DNA from: Amphiscolops sp. MND2022
Taxonomy: Eukaryota
Direction: 5' to 3'
Assembly (NCBI GenBank): GCA_964187785.1
Contig: OZ076415.1
Coordinates: forward strand, 56,544,001-56,608,000
DNA length: 64,000 bases
The translations under genes were made by a program, and so were the position numbers. Below, in pieces: positions 35,780-48,585 of this stretch (position 1 is the first letter of the stretch; each line of letters starts with the position of its first letter). The notes beneath the pieces are model-generated. The model was not told the DNA's origin and ran no database searches. It saw nothing but the letters and a program-made list of their open reading frames with translations.

Positions 35780-36964
35780 TTTTTTGGATTGGAGGCTTGT
35801 TGATTTGCATCATAGTGGGGTGTCCAGTATGTAGGCATTTGAGTGGTGGCTACCATCGACTGAGGCGGCATCATGGGTTGCTGGACTGTGAAGTTCTGCG
35901 CAGAGTACGGTGTATAGGGTAGAGCTGGAGGATGATGTTGTGGACGAAACCAACATTGAGAAAGTATATGGCCAAACTTGTTGCAATAATTGCAATACTT
36001 TTGGCTTGATTGAGCAGTATTTCGCTGTTGATTCCAATTGGGTCTCTGATTTTGCCAATTAGGGTTTGGTGGTCGCCAATTCTGTTGGTTGTTATTGTTT
36101 CTCCAGTTCTGCTGGTTGTTTTTCCAATTCTGAGGGTTGTTTCCACGAGGGCCATTGTTTTTGTTCCAGTTTTGTTGCTTGTTTTTGTTGTAGTTGTTGT
36201 TTTTGTTGTTGTTGTTATTGTTATTGTTTGTAGACTGAGCCGTAGTTAGCTGATTGATAGTAGGTTGCAAGGTTTTAGTCAATTCCTGCAATTCGGTGGA
36301 CAGCTTTCCAGTTTCTTGCTTGAGAACATCTTGTGCTTTTGACAGCTCATGTAAGGAGATCTTTTGTGGAGAAATCCCGAAGTTCATTGAAAGCGGTATC
36401 GTCATCTTCCGGGTAAAGACGATCAACAATCATACGGCTAGAAGCTTTCGCACATAACTCCTCAATCGGGGTTTCATCTGGTTGTGTCATTAAAAAGCGT
36501 TTGAGTTTGATAGTCTCTCTCTCACTCGTCGTGTTCTTTCTTGAGCACGATCTTCTGCTACTACTGCTGGTCTTCCTGCTCCGGCGGCTCTTGCTGCTAC
36601 GTTGGGGTAGGCTTCCAAAGCCAATCGTTGCAGCTCAGTGAGGAAATCTTGAGCGCTTTCCTCAGAGGCTTTCATTTTGCGGGAGTTGAAAAGCAACTTT
36701 TGAAGCTGGATTCTCTGGTCGTTTTGATATCTGTCACGTAGGGCTGCTACTGCTTGATCGTAGTTATCTCGAATTGCTGCAGGTTGTTGGTCGAAGAATG
36801 TGAGTGCACCTCCTTTTAGATGAAGGTGTAGGTATCGGTGTCTCTCACCGTTAGGTACAGCAGCAACTTGGATACAACTTTCAAGTTGTCGTAGAAATTC
36901 GTTAAGGATTTTTTTCTGTGCCTTTGAAAGGCTGTAGGTTAACGAAAGGTTGAATAGCGGCCAT
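35776..36964 (-). pseudogene. gag: gag (capsid-like domain, Asn/Gln/Trp-rich linker, CCHC knuckle); frameshifted
   Basis: ATG at 36964 (MAAIQPFVNLQPFKG), then LHLHLKGGALTFFDQ...ESAQDFLTELQRLALEAYP and knuckle CNYCNKFGHILSQC. Frameshifts near 36915 and 36500. Confidence 0.85.
35779..35785 (-). promoter_or_regulatory. -1 ribosomal frameshift slippery heptamer A AAA AAC at the gag/pol junction
   Basis: The heptamer is in the gag frame directly before the gag TAA. The -1 frame is open and is 16 codons in frame with the pol ORF at 35731. Confidence 0.7.
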
Positions 36965-37141
36965 TTGAAAATTTTGTGAAGGGAAATTTAATCATGAAGA
37001 GAGTATGTAGAATCAAACTTTTCTATGGTATTTCAGGCAAAATTTTGTAGGATTATCAACTGGAATCGATGAACATAGCTATGTTTTAATCAGCAGTGAT
37101 TGTGTTTCAGTTGTTCAGGAAGGAGGCTGAGTGAACAGGAA

Positions 37142-37159
37142 AAGAGACTCCTGTCACCA
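37142..37159 (-). promoter_or_regulatory. Primer-binding site
   Basis: TGGTGACAGGAGTCTCTT directly after the 5' LTR. Begins like a tRNA-Trp-type PBS; primer identity not verified. Confidence 0.75.
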
Positions 37160-37526
37160 TGTCATGAGGTTGGTCCGAGCGGTGGACTATGAATTTTATA
37201 AAGAACATTTTGTATCGCTTTTATACTTCAGATTTAGCCTGGGTTATTTTCCTTTACTCAGAGTGAATAAAGTTTTGTTGAAGAAATCAGTTTTAATGTT
37301 GAAGAGAAACTGAAGAGAAGCAACAATTGAGAAATATAATTTACAACAGTTAAAGCGAGTGTTCTTAATCTTGAGAAAGTTATCGTCTTCTGTTCTTGTG
37401 TTTCACCACTTCGTTGTATCGTCGTCCATCTCGGTGTTGTCAGCCTCTGATTGGTCCACAACTGTTATTGGCTAAATACATTCTGTCATCGAATTTTTGT
37501 AATTGTATCATGATTGTATCATGACA
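37160..37526 (-). repeat. 5' LTR of the 14.1-kb provirus (367 bp)
   Basis: Direct repeat of 23385-23749. Minus strand has two CCAAT boxes, a TCAGTT initiator-like motif and ATTAAA. Confidence 0.95.
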
Positions 37527-40478
37527 CCATCTCATTGCCACAACAATTGACCATTATTGGAGAAATCTTGGACTACAAACAGTTATTTGAACAGAAAAAT
37601 ACAACTACTAAGAGCATAAGACTTCACATTTTTAAGTGAATGCAGGCGCAGCTTTCTGCGTACGAGTGGTCGTCCGCTCCATCTCAAAAGCGCTGCTACG
37701 AGAATTAAACTAGCTGAAGACTGCTTAGGCTAAGACTTGTAATGGCCACGACATGGAACGATAGAAGTATGGAAAAAAAGATTCAGAAAAAATTGCAGGA
37801 ATTTTCCATTGATTCGAAATTCTTTGTCGTCCTTCTTTCGACAATTTCCATATACTCCGCCAGAGTTTAACCGAAAAAAAACGAAATGTACAGTGCTTAG
37901 GGCAGTGATTACAGTCCTGCGATAAAAGAATAAAATCCGTTATTGGAACGTTTGGAACACTCCACTTTTTCGCTAATAGCTCAATCTATTCAACATCAGC
38001 GGAAATGCCTCAACTGAAAGTTATTCAAAATTCAATTTTGTTTACCTTCATGCTTTTTTGGAGCTTCTATGACAAATATTACGGAATTTAGCCTATTTCA
38101 CCTATTTATGTATTATGATTAAGACTTGGTTTACAGTCTAAGTTCTTGATTTTCGTGTATTTCAGAAAATTTTAATTGTTTTTTTTTATTTTTGTAATAG
38201 TTTGTTATTGACTATTGATTGCACTGTGAAAGTTTGAGGTCCTTGATGTTCATAGATCCGAAAACTGCCGTGCTCCAATGAAAAACTTCCGGTGCATGTT
38301 TCAGAGTCGGGTAAAGACCTCGAAATTGTGGTAGTCTTTTTACATGTGAACAATCAAGAGCTCAAAATTCTCGAGTGTATTTAGTCAATGTGAATATCTT
38401 GAACAATGGCTAGCTTCTGCTGTCAATGTAAACTCTGAAAGTGGATTTCCAATATATTACTTAAAAACATTCCAAAATTGAAGGAGTGAAAATTACCATA
38501 CAGCAATTTAATTCTTCTATTACTGGACTGTGGGGCATTCGGCTTGTACTGGGGCAGTATCAGGTTCGGATCTCTTTCCCTTCATCATTTTTGGACCTCA
38601 AGCCCTTCATCCCTGGCTTTTTCGTTGTATGGTCACGAAAAAAAAAACAGTTGAGACAACAAATTCGAGTCGACTATTGCTTAGCCATTGAGCTGCAAGC
38701 AAGGTACAATAGCTTGCTATGGGAATATGGTATCCGAAAACGGCGCCGATTCACAAAAACTTACTTGGTTATTCGTCGTCCCTCCCTCGAAATTGGGGAA
38801 ATAAATTTTTATCAATGACATGTCAAAGACATGATATTGGGATAAAGGTTTGTAGAACCAGACTATGATTACGCTGAATAAAATTATACCAACAAATAAA
38901 ATCAGCTGTTTCATGAAACCCGCATGAAATATTCAGTTCAAAGTATAATTGGTAGTGATAACGGAGACACGAAATAGCTTTGATTAAAAAGCAAAGCTTT
39001 TATTTACTTGAAAAAAAATTTTTTGACATGGAATCAATTACGTACAGCACAATAGTAGTTTCCACATAAATTTTGTACACATTCAGTAAATATTAAGTAA
39101 CTATCTATTTGTCAACCGTGTCAAAATAAAGTTACACCGTGCGACTAAATAGTCAAAATGAGTGACGCGAAAGTTCACATATTCCATCTCGAGAAAATGC
39201 GTCACATGAGTCGACAAGAAGAGAGCCATTATGATTGATTCATTTGCAAAGATGTTAAGTTAAGCAGTAAACTTACACACAAAATTTTTTTCGAAGCATT
39301 TACAAAAAAAACATTTACAAGCTCAGGGATTGGCAGATTTGACTATTTCAAGAGAATCAATCTTTCAAACTGTCTCAAAAAGAACAGATAATTTTGAGGG
39401 CAAATTTCGAAGTCTAATGTCTAAAATTTTCGATGCCAAGAAAAAATTCAAAAAACATTCACTAACAGAAGCAAAACGCTCTGCACTCGACCGAGGAACT
39501 GTTTTCTCGACAATTTATTGCTTGTTAGAGAAATTGACATAGCCAAAAAGTTGGCTCAGAAAGGCTTTTGGATAGACTTATCTCTCAAAACTTTTGAAGG
39601 ACAATATTTCTCAGGAATTCAAACTTTTGATTCAACTTTCATAAAAATTGTTAAACTTTGTTAAAAATAAATAATAAATGAACTATTATAATTTCATTTG
39701 AGAGAAACTCCGTGAAGCAATTCGAATAAAACCAAATTTTAAACTCGCAGAAAAACACTATTGGCGTTTTCTCTAAACAAAAAAGTTCGGAAATTGACCC
39801 TACTTAAATCATCTGATCTAAAGGTGGCTTTTGGAGGAAACGAATACACAAAAAATACAAAGAAAAAAAATTTTGCAGAACGAACCTACGATTTGCCCGC
39901 CAAAATTGTCTTCAAAAACTTCGGTTGAATTTACATAACACGAGTTTTGACCATGCTTCGTATGAAGGGAAGTTGGAACTTTCAGAGGAACGCTCTTCGA
40001 ATCCGAAAACAAGTCCGAAATTCCGCTCTTCGAATCCGAAAACAAGTCCGATATTCCTAGTCACAAAAATGCCTGAATATCGCCAAACTTAACAGTGGCT
40101 CTCTTCCAAAAAATAGGCACTTGCAGGGCACAGTATTATTTCTGCTTTAGGCTTTCATGTTCAATAATAGAAGCATATCTGGAATAACTCAACACTCCAG
40201 TTTAATCAACGCAACAAAAAAGTAACGTTTTTCGACCGACTACTAAGAGCTCAAGCGAAAGTTCGAGTTTCATTCTATTTCACACTGCAACAAACTCAGA
40301 ACAATTGGATTTCGGCAGAATTTTCAATTTAGGAAGAATAAGTTCCATGAAAACATTTTGAATTGATAATGTCTGGGAACAGGCAAATAAAATCGAATGA
40401 ACATAAATTGAAGCCACTTCACTACAAGTAAGAAAAAGAATAACATGGATAATCATCTCGGAGAAAGTAGTACAGTTT

Positions 40479-43098
40479 TCATGCGACTCCGCTGAGAATT
40501 ACAATGATAAGATGATCTTCGAGGGCTTCCGCATCGATGATTTTGGGCGCTACCTTCTTGAGATCTTCGGTGAAAAACTTACAGGGTGGGAATGCATGTA
40601 ACACGCCCATGTTTTCACTGGATCCGATGGGCAATCCAATGACTCCAGCAGAATGCTTTGACTTTAAATACGAGACTAAATTCTTGAATTGTCTGGGGGC
40701 AGTTTGGGAAGGAAGTTCTTTGCCTCCTGAGTTGTCATTGTTCTGCGTGGCGAGTAGCAGGCAGAACCCGTCACTTGTTGCACTTTCCATGCGCCTTCGC
40801 ACTTCTTCCAGTTTTCCGGGTTCACATCGCAGGCGTTGGGTAATCTTGAGAGCGGTGGCTGGATCACCAGTGGGAGATTCAATCAGCAGCTTTTTGCACA
40901 CTTCACGGCTGCCGCTGAGCAAGGACATATGAGTACTGAACGCACTGTTTTTCAGAATGAGATGTCCTTTCCAGCAGCTTTCCAGAACCATTGCCAAACT
41001 TGTTATATCCAAAGACTCCCTTGCGATGCTCATTGGACTGGGTGACCGATGACGTTTATTTCTTGGCTCATCGTCTTTCTTTTCGTAACCACCTTTGCCC
41101 GTTCTTCTGTCAAAACTACCAGCGCGAGATCTCTTCTTGTCAGCCCTGAACTCATTCTCGGGACTGCGTCTATTGCTCCTCCCATAGGGCGGACTTCTAG
41201 ACCTGTCCCGGTGGTCTCCTTTGCCATGGAAAGACGACGTACCGTTATAATTGCGATCCCGATCATTATCATACTTTCCTCTGTTTGAGCTGGAAAAATT
41301 ACCACCTCCGCCTGATTTGTCTTCTTTCCTGGAATAAGAGTCCCGGTGGGGTGACCTTTCACGTGTTTCATTGGGATGACCTTTACCGGAATAACCGCGT
41401 TTGCCACCCGCATTGTCATGATCATAGCGCCCAGTGTTTCTACCACTGCCCGAAGAATACTCATCTCGGTAACCACCGTCGCCTCGGCTATCGCGACCAG
41501 GAGGAGCTCTGGACATGGGAGGGGAGACTTCTTCTCCCAGAGAAGGAGCCGCTTTGGCCGCCGCATTTGTCTTGGTTATGCGCATATGATAATTCATAGC
41601 AGATACTTGGTCATACTCCACGTAATCAAATCTGGCTCGAGAGTCACTACCACAGATATGGCGCCCAGTTAAAGCCTTTATAGCCGTTTTAGCGCCTTCT
41701 GATGAGCTATACACGATGTAGGCAAAATTCTCTCCTTTGGAATAATCTATTTTCTTGATATCTCCAAACCTGTCGAACTCATTCTCCAAAGCTGCTAAAC
41801 TAGTCTGCTTGCCCAATCCGCCAACCCAAATGCAAGAGGACTCAGGAGAACTACCGTAAGTAATTTTGCATGGCTTGCTGGATCGACCTCCAATCTGCTT
41901 ACCTTGCATGCCTTTCTTGCCCTTTTCAGCTTCGTCGGGATTGAGAAATGCGATGCAAGCAAACGCAGGGCCGTCTCTTGGATACTTCATATCAATGCTC
42001 ATCACACTAGCATAACGCTGGAATTCTGCGTACAAATCTTGTTCGTTCAAATTGGGATCCAGATCACTCACAAACAGCATTCTTGAAGGAGGATCAACAG
42101 ATTCGACCTTGGGTTTGCGGGGCTCGTAATACACTTCTCTCTCGCTTCTCGAGTTGTAGTTGTCAAAATCTCCACGGTTGGAATGAACAGGTGCTTCAGG
42201 TGATCTGTGTCGAGATCCGTCTCTCTTGGTAACAACAGCTGACTTAGGGCCCTCTTTGTAACGCTAAAACAAAGAATGGAGCAACTAGAAATGGTCGCTG
42301 AGAAAACCCAAGAAACTTTTTTTCAAAGAAAAAGATCTAAATTATATCTTAAATAAGTCAGAACATTGTAACATTTGTCCAATTTGTACGTTCAGCAATG
42401 GACAGTACCCTCTCTATTTCTCCGCTTGAATGCTCAAACAGTAAGCATCAAAACGCAGCAATACAATGATTGAATTTAATCAGCGGTCAAGTTTAGACAA
42501 AATGAAAGATGTTGGTAATCGGATTGGTGGCACCAAAGTTCTGGCCACAACAAGCAAGCACACGATAAGAATAACAATGGAAAAAGTGCTTGCAATAAGT
42601 CAACAAGCAATTTTTTAAGTACAGATTTTTAAAGTTCATTCGGTACGCCCGATCTCTAAAAACTAGCTCTAAAAATATCCATGTGCTGCTTCTTACCTGA
42701 CTGGGAGACCGCGATTTGGATCTTTTGCGATCTCTGTCTCGAGGGTCCACAGGCAGCACGCCTTTGATAACAGGCTCCAATGGAAGAGACCGATCAAACA
42801 CATGCACTTTGCGCATCTTCTCAAGAGCCACTCGAGCGTCATTCTCTTGTGTAAAGTTGATGTAACAAATTTTTTCTCCAGCAACCATGGCCAGTTTCAC
42901 GTTATGCTCATCGAATTTGCGGAAAACTTTTTCAATAGTCTCGATAATGACGTGATCTTTCACACCACGAGGCCACCCGCCTTTGATGCATAGAGAACGG
43001 AAGTTAGAAACTCTGTCAGGCCGTGATAATCTATCTCGAGCAGGTATCCTTTCGACATCTGGGCTCCTCCGGCGATCATTTCGGTTGTTGAAAGGCAT
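40479..43098 (-). CDS. RBM15: RNA-binding motif protein 15 / Spenito (SPEN family: 3 RRMs + SPOC), join 43098-42697, 42263-40479, 728 aa
   Basis: RRM1 in exon 1 (KICYINF); RRM2 SRMLFVSDLD...EFQRYA; RRM3 SSCIWVGGLG...LENEFDRFGDI; SPOC CWKGHLILKNSAF...LKITQRLRCE...LVSYLKSKHSAGVI...LHAFPPCKF. Canonical phase-0 intron CAG|gtaaga...ttttag. Confidence 0.93.
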
Positions 43099-44599
43099 TC
43101 TATTGACGCACAAAAAATTTACAACTAAGTTTTCTAATTTGGTTTATTAAACTGAAAAACATCAAAAGTATCAATTCAACATCAATCTAACAATTTACTT
43201 ACGTATGCTGATAGGGCTACCAGTCTTTTATTTCCAGTCAGAGGCTGTTAAGACAACGCAATTCAAACGCAATCCCTGAAAAGACTTGTTCCATTTTCTT
43301 CCAGATATGGGAAGGAATATGTCAGATAAAAATGATAGTCATAGGATACATATGTTCTTTCGACACGAAGAGTAAATTGTAGAAGCATCTCCCAACGTGT
43401 AACATTTTCTTTCAGCAGAAAATATATCTCGTGAAGACATTGAATATCACCAATCTTTGGCTGCGATAAATATCTCACACTCCAAGGTGAGGGATGGATC
43501 ACCGAGATATTTCCAGCTTAATACAAATTTTAAAAGCAATCCGATCTCATTTTATGTGGCATAACTCATAATACCACTTATTGCTGATATCTCCTCCACG
43601 GGATAGCAATACTTTAGAATATTGAAGGAATATAGTCTTCAATAATAACATCTTCTCCTCTTCGAGATACGAAGATATTAAACTTGCTCAGCCTGTTTAA
43701 ATACGACACCTATATCACATGGATACCCCTGATATGATGATGGAATACTGATGATATGATTCTGCACCAGAAAACTCCCTAAAAAGTTTAGAGCCCTGAA
43801 AACTAAAAATAACTTCAGAATTACTGTAGAAAAGTCATGATCGGTTATCCTCTTTAATACTACAATGGTACATATAGACAACAGGAGTGATAAAGCGACG
43901 TGCCTCTGGTGGTAACAATAGGGTAATTTGATTATTTGAATCATTGCTTGAACAGCGCTGGTTTCGACAGACCGGTAAGGTCGAAAGGCGAACAAAGCAA
44001 GACCGAATCATGCAATCATTTTTCACCGAGAAACAAAACTATTTCGGCCATGAGCATTCAAATTTCAGTCTCTTTGAAAGACACCTTCAGGTTTCAACTG
44101 TTCAGCGTGAAATTATTTGGTTACAGTGACAGCATTATACCAAATCTATACTCAGAGATTTGATTCTGTCGAAATAATTTGAATAACGTCTGGGGGAAGG
44201 GCACACATCGTGATTTGCATTTCATGATTTAATTCAGGACAAAGGAACGGCAAACATGTTTTCGATCATGAGGTTTTCGTCGATTTCTTCGGCAAGCTAA
44301 TATTCGTTTGCCCTAGTGGTTCACTGTCGCGAGAATGGCAGTTGAATGTCATGGTGCTGAGGATAATTGAAATCCTTCAGCCAAAGAGAAAAAGTTGTTC
44401 AAGTGCAATAGGAACAAATTGCGACAGGGGCTGCATCAAACAATAGCCCAGAGGTCGCACCGGACACAACTCTAAAATAACTGCGAAAAATGCTAACACA
44501 GGGTGATATTCAGAAAAGGGGCGGAATAAGAGGACTGGTTCTATACCCGTTGCCCGGGGATTCCAGATGAAAACAAAAGAAAGCGAGGAGCCGCTATTA

Positions 44600-45055
44600 C
44601 GATCACTGTCTCTGATAGGACTACAAAACTTGATACGACCTAACCTGGGATCAAACAGTGCCTATATTGAATCCAAAAACAACCTAGAAGGCATGATGAA
44701 AAGACTTCTTGAGACATTGGCAAAGCTGCTATATGCACACTGACAATCGCCGTCAAAAGTGAAACAAAAATGGTACGCCGGTGACGGAAATGCTGTCGGC
44801 TCTTTGGCAAATCTTCATCAAGTAATGCGAATGCTACTTGAACACGGTCCCTCCTCTGGATACAATTTAAGTAAATGTCACTTCATTGTGAAACCAGAAT
44901 TTACACATTCCACTGTCAAGACATTTCATATATGGAAGTGAGATTGTTGAGGAATCTCGTGTCTTAGGTTCAGTGATAGGTTCGGAGAACGCCTGTCGTA
45001 CGCACCTAGAACCAGTTGCGCATGATCAAACAACCCTATTAAAAAAACTCCTCGA
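44600..45055 (+). mobile_element. Decayed CRE-like non-LTR retrotransposon RT fragment, left part
   Basis: KWYAGDGNAVGSL (WYADD-like), HGPSSGYNLSKCHFIVK, SRVLGSVIGS. Continues after the CR1 insertion at ~48143. Confidence 0.6.
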
Positions 45056-48000
45056 TCGAAACTGAAGTTTGCTAACGAAAACCTTACAGCTGAGAGTCAC
45101 GCCAGACAGGAGCTTGAAGGAAAGAGAAAACGTTCGTTTCTTAGTTCAACGGGCAAAAAACTTGACCTCAGAGGAATCAGGGGACTACATTCACATAGTG
45201 AGAGGAGACCGAATTCCAAGGGTAAAGAAACGATTAAAAACCCAAGAAGTATTGACGGACACAAACGTGAACAATTCAACGTCTGGTTCGGGAATGTAGA
45301 TGTCATGACAACTGAAAAATTTTTAGAACTGAAAACTCTCCTACAACAAGCCTCCGCTTTACCACACATTATAGCTATAACTGAAGCCAAACCGAAGAAT
45401 GTAATTCTTAAATGGAATCCGATTTGGTTTAAACTTGACTGCTACAAGCTGAAAGACAAAAATATGGACCCAGAAGATAAAGGAAGAGGAATGCTACTAT
45501 ACATACGCGGTGACATTGAAACCAAGGAAGTGACTCATGAATTCGGTTTCAATGAAATTCAAGCCTACGAGTTTTCCTGCCGAAAGATAACATTATTTTT
45601 GTATCCATATTTAGAAGCCCTTCGTCACCCTATGAGAACAACGTCAAGCTAAACAAAATTTTGGGAGCAATTGGCGGAATCAGAAAGAAACTTCTTGTTT
45701 GTGGTGACACGAATTTTCGTGACATTGACTGGGACAACTGCACTACGAACCATGATGAAAACAGCAAAGAACATCAGTTCCTTGAGGCAATCAAGGACTC
45801 ATTCCTGGAACAACATATCGACAAGCCAACGTGGGCAAGAGGAAACCGCGAACCATCACTATTAGATCTTTTACTCACCGATAAATCCCTAGAGTCAAAC
45901 GTTGAGTACACACCACCTCTAGGCAAAGGAGATCACAGCTTACTCAAAGTTAAATTCAACGTCTGGACCAAATGTCGAGCCAAAGTTCGACTCAACTACT
46001 CAAAAGGAAACTATTCTTAAATACGACGAATCCAAACCATTAGAAGACAACTGGAATTGTTTCGAGGAAATGATGAATGAAACCACAGAGAACCATGTGC
46101 CAAAAATGAAAATTCGACAAAACAGACACAACCGAACTCCAATTTCGGGTGAAATTTTCCAAAAAAATTCTAGAGAAAGAGAAAAGCTACAAAATCTTTT
46201 GTAAAGATCGAACACAATACGCCTACGAAAACTACTGTAAAATGAGGAATAAAGTCAGGAAGATCACAAGAACCAATGCTTTGAAGCATGAAGAAGCAAT
46301 CGCTAGCAAAGTCAAGTCTAACCCGAAGGTTTTTTGGAACCATGTAAATAGTAAACTGAAACTAACTGAAACAATACCTACCCTCAACCTTAAAGACGGA
46401 ACTTGTGCAATGACAGACACTGATAAAGCAGAGGCTCTTTCGGGATTTTTCAGCTCCGTCTTCACTAAAGAATCACCTGGGGACTGGAATCCAGTTGATT
46501 GGCGACCAACTCAGATTTCAGATGATCTCGTGATCACTGAGGAGATAATTCTAAAAGAATTGGAGTCACTGAACATTACCAAATCAATGGGGCCAGACAA
46601 CACGAATCCTCGAGTATTACACGAGACACGCCAGCAAATAACTCCCATATTGACCAGAATTCTCACGGAATCTTGGCAGTCTGGAGAACTTCCCCGAGAC
46701 TGGAAACTTGCCAAAATTTCTGCCATTCACAAGAAAGGTTCGAAAAACGATCCTAACAACTACAGACCCATTAGTCTAACAGCAATCTGCTGCAAAATTA
46801 TGGAGAGGATAATCAAAAGGCACATCATCAATTTCCTAGATCAGAACCATATCATATCTGACCAGCAGCTTGGCTTTGTCCCCGGACGCTCGACAACCTT
46901 ACAGTTGCTCAGGGCACTTGAAGATTGGACAGCAGAATTGGACTGCGGCAATGAAGTCGATATTATCTATATCGATTTCCAGAAGGCTTTTGACAGCGTC
47001 CCCCACAAACGCCTGCTGAGAATCATTGAGCTTTATGGCATTCGAGGAAAAACTCTCGATTGGTTAACTGCCTTTTTGTCAGGAAGAAAACAGCGAGTAA
47101 TAGTAAACGAGAACCACTCACAGTGGGCAGTAGTGACAAGTGGAGTGCCCCAAGGGTCAGTCCTGGGACCAATACTTTTCCTTCTTTACATCAACTCCAT
47201 GTCAAATGGCGTAACATCCAAAATGTTCTACTTCGATTATGACGCGAAAATTTACAGAGCAATCACCAACCTAGCAGAGCAGGAAGAACTACAAAAGGAT
47301 CTTTACAAGTTGAAGACGTGGTCAAATGGCGGTGATCTCGAGTTCAATCTGACAAAATGTCACCAGCTTACACTGAGTTTAAGAACAACATCATCAAATA
47401 GAACGTATTCCCTGGATGGTACAACACCCTTGACAAGGGTTAACAGTGAGAAAGACCTCGGAAATATAATCGATACAAAACTCTCCTTTCACGAACACAT
47501 TTCAAAGAAAACAAAAACAGCTAATGGCATTTTAGCGATCATTAAAAAGTGCTTCCTGAATATTATTGCAGAAATCCTCAAAACACTGTACAAAACTCTC
47601 GTCAGACCTCATCTAGAGTACGCCAACCAGTCCTGGAAACCGTATCTGAAGAAATATATATTGATGTTAGAAAGTGTCCAGAGGCGAGCAACCAGACTCG
47701 TACCCGGCATTGGTAATCTTAACTACGAAGACAGGTTAAAAGAATTGAATATTCCAACTCTCGAGTACAGAAGACGGCGCGGTAGAATGATTGAGGTATA
47801 CAAAATACTAAATGAATGTTACGACAGGAAAGCGACTGAAGGGTTATTCGAATTGAACGAAAGAGAGACCAGAGGTAACCCTTACCAGCTGAAGACAAAG
47901 AAACCGAGACTAGCAATTAGAAAGAACATTTTTGCTGTCGCTGCAGTAGCGGATTGGAATTCATTGCCATAAACAGTTGTGCGCTGTGACAACGTAAACG

Positions 48001-48143
48001 CTTTTAAAAGAAGTTCAGACAGACACTGGGAACACAGAATGTTCAACACCGAGTTCCTTGTGAGAAATGGATTCACATGAAAGAGCTGATCGACAGGGGC
48101 TGTGGCCTACAGATCAGAAAAGAACCTGTGAACCTGAACCTGA
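45055..48143 (+). mobile_element. CR1-group LINE, 5'-truncated within ORF1; ORF2 (APE + RT) frameshifted
   Basis: ORF1 end (LRVTPDRSLKERE); APE (IAITEAKP, CGDTNFRDIDW, LLDLLLTD, GDHSLL); RT (GPDN, YRPISLT, DFQKAFDSVPH, SGVPQGSVLGP). Catalytic motif degenerate (YFDYDAK); GAACCT tandem tail at 48122-48143. Confidence 0.9.
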
Positions 48144-48510
48144 GAAGTTTCCCCGCAGAATATCTACAAATCGCAGAGATTCTTTACAACACAAACTGAT
48201 ATTTCGGTCACGAACAACACCCAACATCGACATCGCTCTGCAAGAAACGGAAAACATTGCGAAGGAATTGATACCCAATGTTGTCAAACATCCCTCTCAT
48301 GACTCAAATCACAGAAAAATTTTCGTGCTACCAGTGAAACATGCTGATCTGAATATAATGTCCCCAGGTAAAACTATTATCAAACTGTTTCATATTTGAA
48401 AAGGTCAATTGCAAAACCTGTAAGAAGGGCATCGGCAAAAGTGGCAGTTTTCACTGCGTGGGATGCAGCCTGGAGACGCACCTTACTGAAATGCGTACTG
48501 GTTCTATCTA
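48143..48510 (+). mobile_element. Decayed CRE-like element, right part
   Basis: SLQHKLIFRSRTTP...LIPNV...KIFVLPVKHADLNI resembles the sequence that follows the RT in CRE-type ORFs. Confidence 0.5.
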
Positions 48511-48585
48511 TGGCCATCAATGGAATCCAGGAGCAGGAGCTCAGTGTGAGTGTCGTTTTTTTTCTATGACGAGTGTGTGGCTAAC

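Larger units (their letters stand above)
23385..37526 (-). mobile_element. Full-length env-bearing Ty3/Gypsy (errantivirus-like) provirus, 14.1 kb, with antisense accessory genes; decayed copy
   Basis: LTRs 23385-23749 and 37160-37526 with TGTCATGA...TCATGACA termini; 5-bp TSD CCATC (23380-23384, 37527-37531); PBS and PPT present; gag, PR-RT-RH-INT order (Gypsy-type), env. Confidence 0.95.

Noticed and set aside
38230-38914. MKQLILFVGIILFSVIIVWFYKP, resembling a type II membrane protein start
   Set aside because: Frame closes after 65 codons and downstream frames have multiple stops; a decayed gene is possible but unsupported.
39991-40056. 33-bp tandem duplication (cgctcttcgaatccgaaaacaagtccga...) containing TTCGAATCC
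   Set aside because: B-box-like text without A box or cloverleaf; a simple local duplication.
43263-44163. Hydrophobic ORF fragments upstream of RBM15
   Set aside because: No recognisable family, many stops and no consistent splice model.
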